Virus record (IMG/VR): IMGVR_UViG_2585428088_000002
Coordinates: 64,395 to 103,450 of that record
Strand: one strand, 5' to 3'
DNA: 39,056 bases
From: a virus
In this document: positions 27,090 through 35,569 of the stretch, piece by piece
How positions within the stretch are numbered: position 1 is the first letter of the stretch
Layout: each line of letters begins with the position of its first letter
Notes under the pieces: model-generated
Told to the model about the DNA's origin: nothing
Seen by the model: the letters and a program-made list of their open reading frames with translations, nothing else
The model's database searches: none
Translations under genes and position numbers: made by a program

Positions 27090-29326
27090 TGGCTACGCTC
27101 ATTTTAGGAACTATAGCGAAGAACGCTGGCTGGAATGCGTTTTGGTCTGGAGTAGCCGCTATGGCCGGCAGTGTCATTGACCAATCCTTATTTGCTCCTA
27201 ACGTTAGCAGAGAAGGACCGAGATTAGATGACCTCAGACTGCAAACTTCAACGTTCGGTGCTAGCATACCTAAGATTTACGGAACGGTCAGAACAGAGTG
27301 CAATGTAATTTGGGGGACAAATTATGTTGAGCACGTTACAACAGAAAAACAAGGAGGCGGGAAGGGTGGCGGAGGCGGGTCGGTTACCACAACCAGCTAT
27401 TCCTATTCTGTGTCCTTTGCGGTTGGACTCTGTCAGGGGCCGATTAGCGGTATTGGCAGAGTGTGGGCAGACGGTAAGTTAATTGATTTAGCAAAACATG
27501 ACTATACCCTCTACTATGGTACGGAAGCACAGACTCCCGACCCTTATATGGAAGGTATCGAGGGAGTGGGCATGGTTCCGGCATACCGTGGACTAGCCTA
27601 CATCGTATTCAAGAATTTCTTTGTTACAGACTACGGAAATCGGATACCTAACCTGTCCTTTGAGGTGATGCATTCCACTACCGAGCTTAAAAACATTGTA
27701 GAAGAGATTAGCGTTAATGCTGGATTAGATTTATCCGAGATAGACGTATCGAGTATGGCAGATATCCATGTTCCGGGCTACAAAACGAGTGGCGAAAAGT
27801 CTCGCAGAAGCCAAATCGAGCAATTACAGCTGTTATATGTATTTGACGGGGTAGAGAGAAACGGCAAAGTAGTATTTAAGCAGCGGGATTTTACGAAAGT
27901 GTTACCGATCAGCTTAGATTCGATAGGCGCTTATGAAAACTCTCCGTCCTCTGAAGCCTATACTGCTACTCGCATGGATGAGAGAGAACTGCCGGTCCGT
28001 CTTACCATCAAATATTTGTCTGCAGATAAGGAGTATCAGCAAGGGGTGATGTCTGCCTTTCGCCAGTTAACACTGAGCCGAAATGAGAAATCACTAGACA
28101 CCGAATTTGTTTTAACTGATTCGCAGGCGAAAACTCTGGCAGATACTCGTCTCTATGAAGCGTGGGTTGGCAGAACCAAATATGAGTTTTCGCTTGGATC
28201 ACAATATGCTCACATACTTCCCGGTGATATTTTGGAACTGAATCTGGCCAACGAACGTAAGGCTCTAATCGTTGTTAGCAAAGTCTCATATGGCAAGCCA
28301 GGAATCATAAAGATTCAGGCAGAGTCGACTTATGCTAGTACGTATACTCTTGTAACTCGGAACGTCGATCCTGAACCGCAGCTCCAGACGGCAGAACCAG
28401 CAACCGAAATTACTACTGAGTTCTTAGATATACCTCGTTTGCCGGGGGATAACAGCCAGACCGATGATACGATTTACGTTGCTTCAACAGCTAGTGTTTA
28501 TTACGGAGCCAGTGTATTCCGCTCAAACGATGGAGGCCTGACCTATTCCTTAAACCTGTATCGAACACCACAAGCCTATATGGGGGTCACTACGACTGCT
28601 TTAGCAAGTGGACCAACTGTTTATTGGGATAACGCTAATACATTAGATGTAGTTATGAGCTATGGAAGTTTAGAAAGCCGACCAGTTCTGGATGTACTAA
28701 ACGGATTTAATGCCGCGCTAGTGGGCGATGAAATTATTCAGTTTACTACTGCCCTACTGATTGCGCCCAACACCTATCGAATATCGGTTTTGCTAAGAGG
28801 AAGGCTTGGTACTGAACACAAAGCAGCGTCCCATGTGGCGGGCGAGAGATTTGTTTTGTTGTCATTGTCTATGCTCGGCAGGCTCACAGTGCCTTCTTCG
28901 GACTGGTTTCAGAGTCGATTGTTCCGCGTTGGGCCTTCGACACTTCCAATGACAAACCATTTATATCAGGATAAACACTTTACTTCCCAGGGAATTATGG
29001 CTCTTCCTTTATCGCCTTGTCACATAACTGGTTCTAGAGATGACAGTGGAAACCTCACTATTTCCTGGATTCGTCGTACACGTGGAGACGGTAGCTGGAA
29101 GGAACTGGTTGATGTTCCGCTAAGTGAGAAAAGTGAGATGTACGAAATCGATGTGGTAAGTGAAGGAACTGTTAAAAGAACCTTACGGACTGTATCGTCG
29201 TTTGTTATCTATTCAGCAGATGAGCAAATAGCCGATTTTGGTAGTGTGCAAAGTCTGATAAAGGTCCGGATTTATCAGATGAGCGAATCGAGAGGGCGAG
29301 GAACCGTGAGGGAGGAGATAATTTGA
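27089..29326 (+). CDS. Large tail tip/host specificity protein (GTA megatron/gpJ-like)
   Basis: EGPRLDDL..QTS..G..IP..YG..R...NVIW, PAYRGLAYIVF, YGNRIP, LLRGRLGTE, W.RRTR. Confidence 0.88.
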   Translation: MATLILGTIAKNAGWNAFWSGVAAMAGSVIDQSLFAPNVSREGPRLDDLRLQTSTFGASIPKIYGTVRTECNVIWGTNYVEHVTTEKQGGGKGGGGGSVTTTSYSYSVSFAVGLCQGPISGIGRVWADGKLIDLAKHDYTLYYGTEAQTPDPYMEGIEGVGMVPAYRGLAYIVFKNFFVTDYGNRIPNLSFEVMHSTTELKNIVEEISVNAGLDLSEIDVSSMADIHVPGYKTSGEKSRRSQIEQLQLLYVFDGVERNGKVVFKQRDFTKVLPISLDSIGAYENSPSSEAYTATRMDERELPVRLTIKYLSADKEYQQGVMSAFRQLTLSRNEKSLDTEFVLTDSQAKTLADTRLYEAWVGRTKYEFSLGSQYAHILPGDILELNLANERKALIVVSKVSYGKPGIIKIQAESTYASTYTLVTRNVDPEPQLQTAEPATEITTEFLDIPRLPGDNSQTDDTIYVASTASVYYGASVFRSNDGGLTYSLNLYRTPQAYMGVTTTALASGPTVYWDNANTLDVVMSYGSLESRPVLDVLNGFNAALVGDEIIQFTTALLIAPNTYRISVLLRGRLGTEHKAASHVAGERFVLLSLSMLGRLTVPSSDWFQSRLFRVGPSTLPMTNHLYQDKHFTSQGIMALPLSPCHITGSRDDSGNLTISWIRRTRGDGSWKELVDVPLSEKSEMYEIDVVSEGTVKRTLRTVSSFVIYSADEQIADFGSVQSLIKVRIYQMSESRGRGTVREEII

Positions 29327-29868
29327 GCGACAATACACCAAGATTGATATTACCTTATATTGTGCAAAGCCAGGCGCAGAAGGAAGTCACACATGCTATG
29401 GGACTCAACCGCCTAGATGCATTTACTCAAACGGCAGTAGAAACTACCTCACTTACGGCCCCGCCTGTTGGTATAGAGGGGAACCTGTATATTGTAGGAA
29501 TAGGAGCAACTGGAGCTTGGGCTGCGAAAGATAAGCAACTAGCTCAGTTTATTGGTGGGAGTTGGGTTTTCTATACACCTTTTGAAGGTATGAGGGTTTG
29601 GGATAAACAAACAGCGCAACCACTTGTCTATAAAGGTTCAATCTGGCAAAATGAATTTTCAGCCGCAAATAGAATCGGTTTCTTCGGCGCAACACCTATC
29701 GTTAAAGCGATAGTATCTTTCGGGAATATGGATAATGAAATCGGCGGCCTTACTGTCAGTGCATCCTATTCGCAGGTGGAGGTGCAGGCGCTGCGGGATA
29801 AATGCGAGGAACTGGCTGATGATGTGCGAGCGCTAAAAGCGGCGCTGAGCAGCTATGGCTTGGTATAA
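29323..29868 (+). CDS. DUF2793 domain tail fibre-like protein
   Basis: TPRL.LPYI..SQAQKEVTH...L..LD; YIVG.GATGAWA. Confidence 0.88.
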   Translation: MSDNTPRLILPYIVQSQAQKEVTHAMGLNRLDAFTQTAVETTSLTAPPVGIEGNLYIVGIGATGAWAAKDKQLAQFIGGSWVFYTPFEGMRVWDKQTAQPLVYKGSIWQNEFSAANRIGFFGATPIVKAIVSFGNMDNEIGGLTVSASYSQVEVQALRDKCEELADDVRALKAALSSYGLV

Positions 29869-29883
29869 AAAGGAGGATGAGAA

Positions 29884-30315
29884 ATGATTGAGTATACTCA
29901 AATAGAGCTGCGCATCATGGCTTTGTTTTCAGCCATAGGCGCAGCGTTTTCCTTTCTTGTCGGCGGTGTCGACAAGTTGATTACGGCACTTCTTATTTTT
30001 GTTGTGATTGATTATGTGACCGGGTTGATCGCTGCGTGGAAGACGGCAACGCTTGACAGCAAAAAGGGCTTTGAAGGGATAAAACGCAAAATCGTTATGC
30101 TGGTGATCGTTATTATGGCTCACTGGATTGATGCGAGCATCTTTGGCAGCAGCACCTGCCGGTCCATGGTGATCTTTGCGTATCTGGGCAATGAAGGCTT
30201 GAGCATTATTGAAAACTTGGACCGTATGGGGTATAGCGAATATATTCCCGTTTTTATCCGGGAGAAGCTGGTGCAGTTAAGAAGTGAAAAGGAGTCTCTC
30301 CGAAAAGAACCATAG
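29884..30315 (+). CDS. Holin (phage holin 4/TcdE-like)
   Basis: GG.D..I.ALL..V.IDYVTG, S.KGF.GI.RK, NEGLSIIEN; three hydrophobic segments. Confidence 0.92.
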   Translation: MIEYTQIELRIMALFSAIGAAFSFLVGGVDKLITALLIFVVIDYVTGLIAAWKTATLDSKKGFEGIKRKIVMLVIVIMAHWIDASIFGSSTCRSMVIFAYLGNEGLSIIENLDRMGYSEYIPVFIREKLVQLRSEKESLRKEP

Positions 30316-30337
30316 CCGGTCGGCTAATAAGGTGTTT

Positions 30338-30391
30338 ATCTGCATATTGCATTTGCTTTCTGCATAAAAAGGTGATAAAATTATGCAGAAA
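30338..30391 (+). repeat. Left 54-bp fic-flanking site (three TCTGCAT boxes) overlapping a sigmaA promoter
   Basis: 40/54 identity with 31476-31529; TTGCTT-17-TAAAAT with an extended TG. Confidence 0.85.
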
Positions 30392-30416
30392 GCAAAACGG
30401 TGAGGCAGGTGATTGA

Positions 30417-31472
30417 GTGAGAACCTTTGATTACGGAACAATAAAGCAAGAGCTTTTTACACCGGAAATAGTTAATCTTCTTTCCGCCATACATGAGTAT
30501 AAAGGTAAGCAGGAGCTGTTCATCGAAGCGCAGCCAGACATACTGAAAGCCATGCTGGAGGTTGCGAAGATACAAAGTACAGGAGCTTCAAACCGGATCG
30601 AGGGAATCTACACATCCGAAGCACGCTTAACGGAACTGGTTAAAAACAAGGCTGAGCCAAGAAACCGGAACGAGCAGGAAATTGCCGGCTATCGGGAAGT
30701 GCTTAATACCATTCATGAAAGCTACGAATATATTGTTCCTCGCTCCAGCGTAATTTTGCAGTTGCACAGGGATCTTTACTCCTATAATCCAACTTCAATG
30801 GGCGGGCGCTATAAGAGTGCGGACAACCTTATCGAAGAAGTGGACAGCTTAGGACAGCGCAGAGTCCGGTTTCAGCCCCTCCCGGCTTATGCAACGCCGG
30901 AAGCAATGGATAGCTTATCTAATACATTTTTGAAGTCCTTGGATGCAAGCAAGGTTGACCCGCTATTACTCATCTCCATGTTCATTTTGGATTTTCTCTG
31001 CATTCATCCTTTCAGTGACGGAAACGGACGGATGAGCAGGCTGTTGACGCTTTTACTGCTTTACCGGGAAGGATATATAGTCGGAAAATACATCAGCTTT
31101 GAGATGATTATTGAAAAGACGAAGGAAGCGTATTACGACGCTTTGGAGCAGAGCTCCCAAGGTTGGCACGAGGAGAAGAACAGCTATGTTCCCTTCGTAA
31201 AGTACTACCTTGGCATTGTATTGAATGTCTATAAGGAATTTGAAAGCCGAGTGGAATATATTCGCGCCAAAGGAGTAACGAAAGCTGACCGAATCAGAAA
31301 TATTTTTGCGGGCAGGGTCGGCAAAATTACCAAGGCTGAACTTTCCGCGCTATGTCCGGATATTAGTGTGACGACGATTGAAAAAGCGTTGTCTGATTTA
31401 TTGAAGGAAGAGTGTATTCTCAAGGTAGGGACCGGACGCACAACCGCTTATATTCGGAATCAGGAGGAATAA
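30417..31472 (+). CDS. fic: Fic family protein with C-terminal winged HTH (moron)
   Basis: Catalytic HPFSDGNGRMSR; N-terminal inhibitory SNRIEG; C-terminal ITKAEL..LCPDIS..TIEKAL..L......KVG.GR. Confidence 0.93.
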   Translation: MRTFDYGTIKQELFTPEIVNLLSAIHEYKGKQELFIEAQPDILKAMLEVAKIQSTGASNRIEGIYTSEARLTELVKNKAEPRNRNEQEIAGYREVLNTIHESYEYIVPRSSVILQLHRDLYSYNPTSMGGRYKSADNLIEEVDSLGQRRVRFQPLPAYATPEAMDSLSNTFLKSLDASKVDPLLLISMFILDFLCIHPFSDGNGRMSRLLTLLLLYREGYIVGKYISFEMIIEKTKEAYYDALEQSSQGWHEEKNSYVPFVKYYLGIVLNVYKEFESRVEYIRAKGVTKADRIRNIFAGRVGKITKAELSALCPDISVTTIEKALSDLLKEECILKVGTGRTTAYIRNQEE

Positions 31473-31475
31473 AGA

Positions 31476-31529
31476 ATCTGCATATTGAAATTGATTTCTG
31501 CATATTTTGATGGGCTGATGATGCAGAAA
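31476..31529 (+). repeat. Right 54-bp fic-flanking site
   Basis: ATCTGCATATTG-N7-TTTCTGCATA-N16-ATGCAGAAA, same spacing as the left copy. Confidence 0.85.
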
Positions 31530-31540
31530 AAATTATTAGT

Positions 31541-31570
31541 AAGGAACTTCAAACATGAGGTTCCTTTTTT
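31541..31570 (+). terminator. Terminator after fic
   Basis: AAGGAACTTCA-aaca-TGAGGTTCCTT-TTTT. Confidence 0.75.
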
Positions 31571-31639
31571 GTTACTCATTTTTATAACAGAAACAAGTGA
31601 TCATAACCAAAGTTGAATTTGAAGAGGGAGAGGTTAAAG

Positions 31640-32224
31640 ATGAGAATAGTCATTGATCCGGGCCATGCGGGCCGAAACATTGATCCCGGCGCAGTTCATG
31701 CGGCAACAGGCTTGCAGGAGGCGGATGTCGCGCTGATAATTTCGCGGCAAGTAGCAAGATATCTGCTTAATGTAGGGTATGCGGTGAAACTAACTCGAAC
31801 CGAATGGGAACAAGAAGAAACGGATGATCTAAGCTATCGGACAGTTCTGGCGAATGACTGGGGCGCCGATATTTTTATTTCTCTTCATTGCAATAGCGCG
31901 GCGAATCAGAGCGCGGAAGGCTATGAGGTTTGGACTTCGCCGGGAAATACACTCGGTGACAAGCTTGCCACATGCATATATGGGCAAATTGCCGCCGAGT
32001 TTCCCAACCGGGCAGGAAGGACGGATTACTCTGACGGTGATCCCGATAAGGAGTCGCGCTTCTATGTATTGGTCTATACCGACGCGCCTGCCTGCTTGGT
32101 GGAAATGGCGTTTATTTCAAATGATGAGGAAGCGGCCTTGTTGGCAAACGCCGCGTGGCGGGACCAGTATGCGAGGGCAATTGCGCGGGGAGTGACTGAT
32201 TACACAGCGACGCTGGGGGGATGA
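31640..32224 (+). CDS. Endolysin, N-acetylmuramoyl-L-alanine amidase (Amidase_3), no cell-wall-binding domain
   Basis: IDPGHAG..DPGA...E, FISLHCNS, ACLVEMAFISN. Confidence 0.93.
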   Translation: MRIVIDPGHAGRNIDPGAVHAATGLQEADVALIISRQVARYLLNVGYAVKLTRTEWEQEETDDLSYRTVLANDWGADIFISLHCNSAANQSAEGYEVWTSPGNTLGDKLATCIYGQIAAEFPNRAGRTDYSDGDPDKESRFYVLVYTDAPACLVEMAFISNDEEAALLANAAWRDQYARAIARGVTDYTATLGG

Positions 32225-32227
32225 GGC

Positions 32228-32857
32228 ATGATCCAGGTATTCCAAACTTGGGGAGCAGCCTTTAAGCAAAATAAGTGGCTGATAATGCTCGTTGTTTTCT
32301 TCCTATTCATAAGCGCAATGCTTATCTGGCTTTGGCAGCGTGTCCAACAAGCAGAGGAAAAGAACCGACAGGCCGTTGTGCTGCAGCAGGAGCAGCTTGA
32401 GAAGACTCAGGCGTTAAGCAAAGCGCTTCATATCTCACAGATGAACGCTAAGGAACTGCAGGCGGCTTATGACAAACTGAAAACTAAGCCGCCTGCTGCC
32501 AGTTTTACCGTAAAAGCGCCTTCGTTAGAGGTTGCGGCTGAACAGGTGGCGGAGCGGATCAACAAGCAGGATGCCGCCTTGCCGCCTGCCGCGCTGGAAA
32601 AGACCGACCGGACGGCTGTGGTCAAAAACGATAAGGACTACAAGGTGGACGTGTTGAAAATTAATCTGGACAAAGCTTGGGAACTTTCAACAGGGGTAGG
32701 CAGCCACCGCGGCGACGCCTATATTCCGCTCGGCGTGCAGCGAAACTACGCTCCGAATAAAGCCATGGCGGTGGAAGCGCATCTGGTGCCGGAGGATTTG
32801 GCGAGGGGAAAAATAAAGACCTCCGGCTGGGAGGTCAGGCAGGTTTGGCGGTTTTAA
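32228..32857 (+). CDS. Membrane-anchored coiled-coil protein, spanin candidate
   Basis: Follows the endolysin; N-terminal TM, Gln/Glu/Lys coiled coil, beta-strand-like C-terminus ending WRF. Confidence 0.6.
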   Translation: MIQVFQTWGAAFKQNKWLIMLVVFFLFISAMLIWLWQRVQQAEEKNRQAVVLQQEQLEKTQALSKALHISQMNAKELQAAYDKLKTKPPAASFTVKAPSLEVAAEQVAERINKQDAALPPAALEKTDRTAVVKNDKDYKVDVLKINLDKAWELSTGVGSHRGDAYIPLGVQRNYAPNKAMAVEAHLVPEDLARGKIKTSGWEVRQVWRF

Positions 32858-32893
32858 AGTGAAAATATCTTTTGGGTTTAGCCCAGATATCGC

Positions 32894-32921
32894 TTGCTAT
32901 TTATAAACACGGAGCTATACT
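32894..32921 (+). promoter_or_regulatory. SigmaA-like promoter for the symE leader transcript
   Basis: TTGCTA-16-TATACT. Confidence 0.55.
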
Positions 32922-32936
32922 GGTGTCAGGTGGAAA

Positions 32937-33032
32937 TAAAAAAGTCGCCGCGACCTGGAAGTGTTCCCGCACTCCCAAGCTCGCGCAGGTGAGTAAGCAC
33001 CTACACGTAACAGCCAAGCTGTCCACGACGAC
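32937..33032 (-). ncRNA. About 95-nt four-way-junction antisense RNA (candidate type I antitoxin)
   Basis: Four fully paired stems on the minus strand with six G-U pairs; starts 7 nt after TATAAT; ends in U6. Confidence 0.75.
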
Positions 33033-33038
33033 AATTTT

Positions 33039-33067
33039 ATTATACAGCGCGCCCTTCTTTTCAACAA
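33039..33067 (-). promoter_or_regulatory. SigmaA promoter of the antisense RNA
   Basis: TTGTTG-17-TATAAT on the minus strand. Confidence 0.7.
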
Positions 33068-33357
33068 GCAAGGAAACGCCTTTTCTGTGTAATGAAAATG
33101 GTCAGGCTCGGGCAGGGGCTGAGCGGCTGCATGCGGAAAAACCGACGAAAGCCAAGGAGAACTACAATGGCGGGCTACGCCGGCCGGTCCTTGGAGTACG
33201 TCGGACAACTAAGCCTTTCAGCGCATGTGTAGGTCGATAGAGGCCTGGCGTGCGCTTTTTGATTTCCCCCGCAAAACAGGCTCCGTCCGTTTCTTTTCCG
33301 CCATTGAAGCGGCGGAGGCTTCGGCGCGGCCTGAATATCAGGGGAGGTGGCTGACCG

Positions 33358-33549
33358 ATGCCAGAGAAGACAAGGCTAAACCGTAGGCTGTCCGTCTATT
33401 ATCTTTACCAGAACAACAAGCCGGTGCCGATTATCCGGCTGCAGGGAAAATGGCTCCGGAGGCTTGGCTTTGAGCCGGGCGGCAAGATTACAGTGGTTGC
33501 AAGAAAAGGCCTGTTGCTTGTCAGGCTTATTCCCGATGCCGAAGCATAG
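33358..33549 (+). CDS. symE: SymE-family type I toxin
   Basis: RRLSVYY......VPIIRLQGKWLRRLGFEPG.KITV......L; GGAGGTG RBS. Confidence 0.85.
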   Translation: MPEKTRLNRRLSVYYLYQNNKPVPIIRLQGKWLRRLGFEPGGKITVVARKGLLLVRLIPDAEA

Positions 33550-33614
33550 GCACAGGCTAACAAAAATGAACAACAATCAAGACCTTCGGCTGGGGACTAT
33601 TGGCTAAGTGGGTA

Positions 33615-34146
33615 TTATGTTTGCTCCTGGTTTACCAAGCCGGCCAATTCGTGCCAATAGCCAGGCTCCCAATACCGCCTCGCCGCTCCCGAAGTCGAGG
33701 GCGCTACAAGAATAGCGGCAGGATTGTCCTTCATGAGGCAAGGGCCATAGCTGATCTGGGAGGTTTTTCGCCTGCGCTGGTCTTGCCGGCTGAAAAATAA
33801 GGCGGCCGCGCTTTGCCGTTGAAACAAATGACTTGGGGGCGAAAAAGGGCCAGCTTTTGCACAAAAGCTTCCAAGTCATATTCTTTTTGCGCGATTTTCG
33901 CGTCCACGCCGGCCGCTTTTTTTGCGATGTCTGTCAATCCAATGCCATAGCTTAGCAATCCAGATACTCTGAAGTGTGCAGCAGGCGGTCTGTCAAGCCG
34001 GTTTCATGAAGTATCCTCCAAAATCTGTTGTTTTCGCCTGCATAATAAGAGCCAAGCTTGGCGGAATGTTCGGCAGCAGCTGTTCCGCAAATAACAAGCT
34101 TCAGATTGGGACGCAAGACGTCTGGCAGAATGTCGCTGGTTGGCAT
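33615..34146 (-). pseudogene. mug: Mismatch-specific uracil-DNA glycosylase (MUG/TDG family), two 1-bp deletions
   Basis: Three frames join: LPDVL.P.L..V.CG...YYAG..NRFW / YGIGLTD...FNGK / PSTSGAARRYW; breaks near 33959 and 33811. Confidence 0.85.
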
Positions 34147-34205
34147 GTGCTCATCACCTCTAGCCTTGATTATTCTTGGCTGGAGTTGACTTTCCTCTAT
34201 TTTAG

Positions 34206-34237
34206 TTGACTTTACGGTACTTTAGAGTGATGTATAG
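34206..34237 (+). promoter_or_regulatory. Promoter/operator motif, copy 2 (TTGACT-N11-TAGAGTGATGTATAG)
   Basis: Upstream of the recombinase RBS AAAGGAG; matches the copy at 10054. Confidence 0.6.
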
Positions 34238-34267
34238 GTATGGAATTTGATAGAAAGGAGCAGGCTT

Positions 34268-35569
34268 ATGCGGGTCAGAATCATTGAACCAGTGAGTTGG
34301 GTGCAGCTAAAACGCAAACGGGTCTGTGCTTATGCCAGGGTATCTTCTGGCAGCGAAGCCCAAGGCGAGTCGCTGGAAAACCAAACCACCTATTATCGGA
34401 AGCTGATTGCAGCCAATCCGGAATATGAATATGTTGACATTTTTGCAGACTATGGAACCACCGGCACCAAGGAAGCGCGGCCGGAGTTTCAAAGGATGCT
34501 GGCTTTGGCGAGAACAAGGGAAATTGACTTAATTCTAACGAAATCCATCTCCCGTTTTGCCCGCAACACAACGCTGGTGCTGGAGACGGTCAGGGAGTTA
34601 AAGGAACTGGGGGTAGAAGTCGTTTTTGAAAAAGACAATATTTCGACCTTTACGAGGGACGGCGAGCTGATGCTTACCGTCCTCTCTTCTTTTGCCCAGG
34701 AAGAAAGCAAAAGCGCCAGTGAAAATCTCAAGTGGCGGTATCGGCGAAAATTTGAGCAAGGGGAACTGGCCCTCAATGTCACCCGGTTTTTGGGCTATGA
34801 CAAAAACAAGCACGGCGAATTGGTGATCAACCCAATTCAAGCCAAAGTGGTCGAGCGTATTTTCGCCGACTATGTCAGCGGCAAGGGAAGCTTTGTCATT
34901 GCCAGAGAACTGAACGCCGCAGGGGTTAGGACAGTGGCAGGAGGCAAGTGGCACTCCGGCACTGTGCTGAATATCCTCAAAAACGAAAAATACAAGGGCG
35001 ATGCCAAGCTGCAAAAGACCTACAGCAAGGACCATCTCAGCAAAAAGAAGTGCGTCAATCACGGCGAGGTCGAAAGCTTCTATATCGAGAATAACCATCC
35101 GCCAATCGTAAGCAGAGAAATCTGGGATGAAACACAAAGACTGATTATTTTGCGCGCTAAGGCCAAGGGCAATGTAGAAGAAACCAAAAACAAGTACCAA
35201 AACCGCTATCCGCTGACGGGGATGCTGCTGTGCAGCAAGTGCGGGGCGCCTTTGCGCCGGAGAACTTGGAACAGCAAATATTGCTGTAAAAAAGTGGTGT
35301 GGCAATGCAGCACCTATATTAAAAACGGTAAAAACGCCTGCCAGGGCACAACGATTGAAGATGATGAGATTGGCAGAGTGAATATACAAACCGAAACCGT
35401 GGTCGAGGAGGTTATGACAAATGGCAAAAAACATTACCGTTATACCAGCCAAGGCGAACCGGACAAGCCTTGCGGAAAACCTAGAGCTACAGAAAAAACG
35501 TGTAGCCGCGTACTGCCGGGTATCGACCGATCAGGAAGAGCAGTTATCAAGCTACGAAGCCCAGGTTAA
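34268..35569 (+). CDS. Large serine recombinase 1
   Basis: CAYARVSS catalytic motif, TKSISRFARN, recombinase domain NEKYKGD, Zn ribbon CSKC...WQC...C. Confidence 0.93.
   Translation: MRVRIIEPVSWVQLKRKRVCAYARVSSGSEAQGESLENQTTYYRKLIAANPEYEYVDIFADYGTTGTKEARPEFQRMLALARTREIDLILTKSISRFARNTTLVLETVRELKELGVEVVFEKDNISTFTRDGELMLTVLSSFAQEESKSASENLKWRYRRKFEQGELALNVTRFLGYDKNKHGELVINPIQAKVVERIFADYVSGKGSFVIARELNAAGVRTVAGGKWHSGTVLNILKNEKYKGDAKLQKTYSKDHLSKKKCVNHGEVESFYIENNHPPIVSREIWDETQRLIILRAKAKGNVEETKNKYQNRYPLTGMLLCSKCGAPLRRRTWNSKYCCKKVVWQCSTYIKNGKNACQGTTIEDDEIGRVNIQTETVVEEVMTNGKKHYRYTSQGEPDKPCGKPRATEKTCSRVLPGIDRSGRAVIKLRSPG

Noticed and set aside
32937-33032. Cloverleaf RNA as a tRNA
   Set aside because: 10-bp closing stem, no TTC T-loop or D-loop GG, no 7-nt anticodon loop, no CCA end
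32872-33240. 122-aa ORF as a protein-coding gene
   Set aside because: No RBS, begins upstream of the predicted promoter, and overlaps structured RNA; kept only as a possible leader frame
33597-33625. dif-like site CTATTGGCTAA-GTGGGTA-TTATGTTTGCT
   Set aside because: 7-bp spacer, weak left arm, and the right arm is explained by the mug C-terminal codons and stop; no partner site seen
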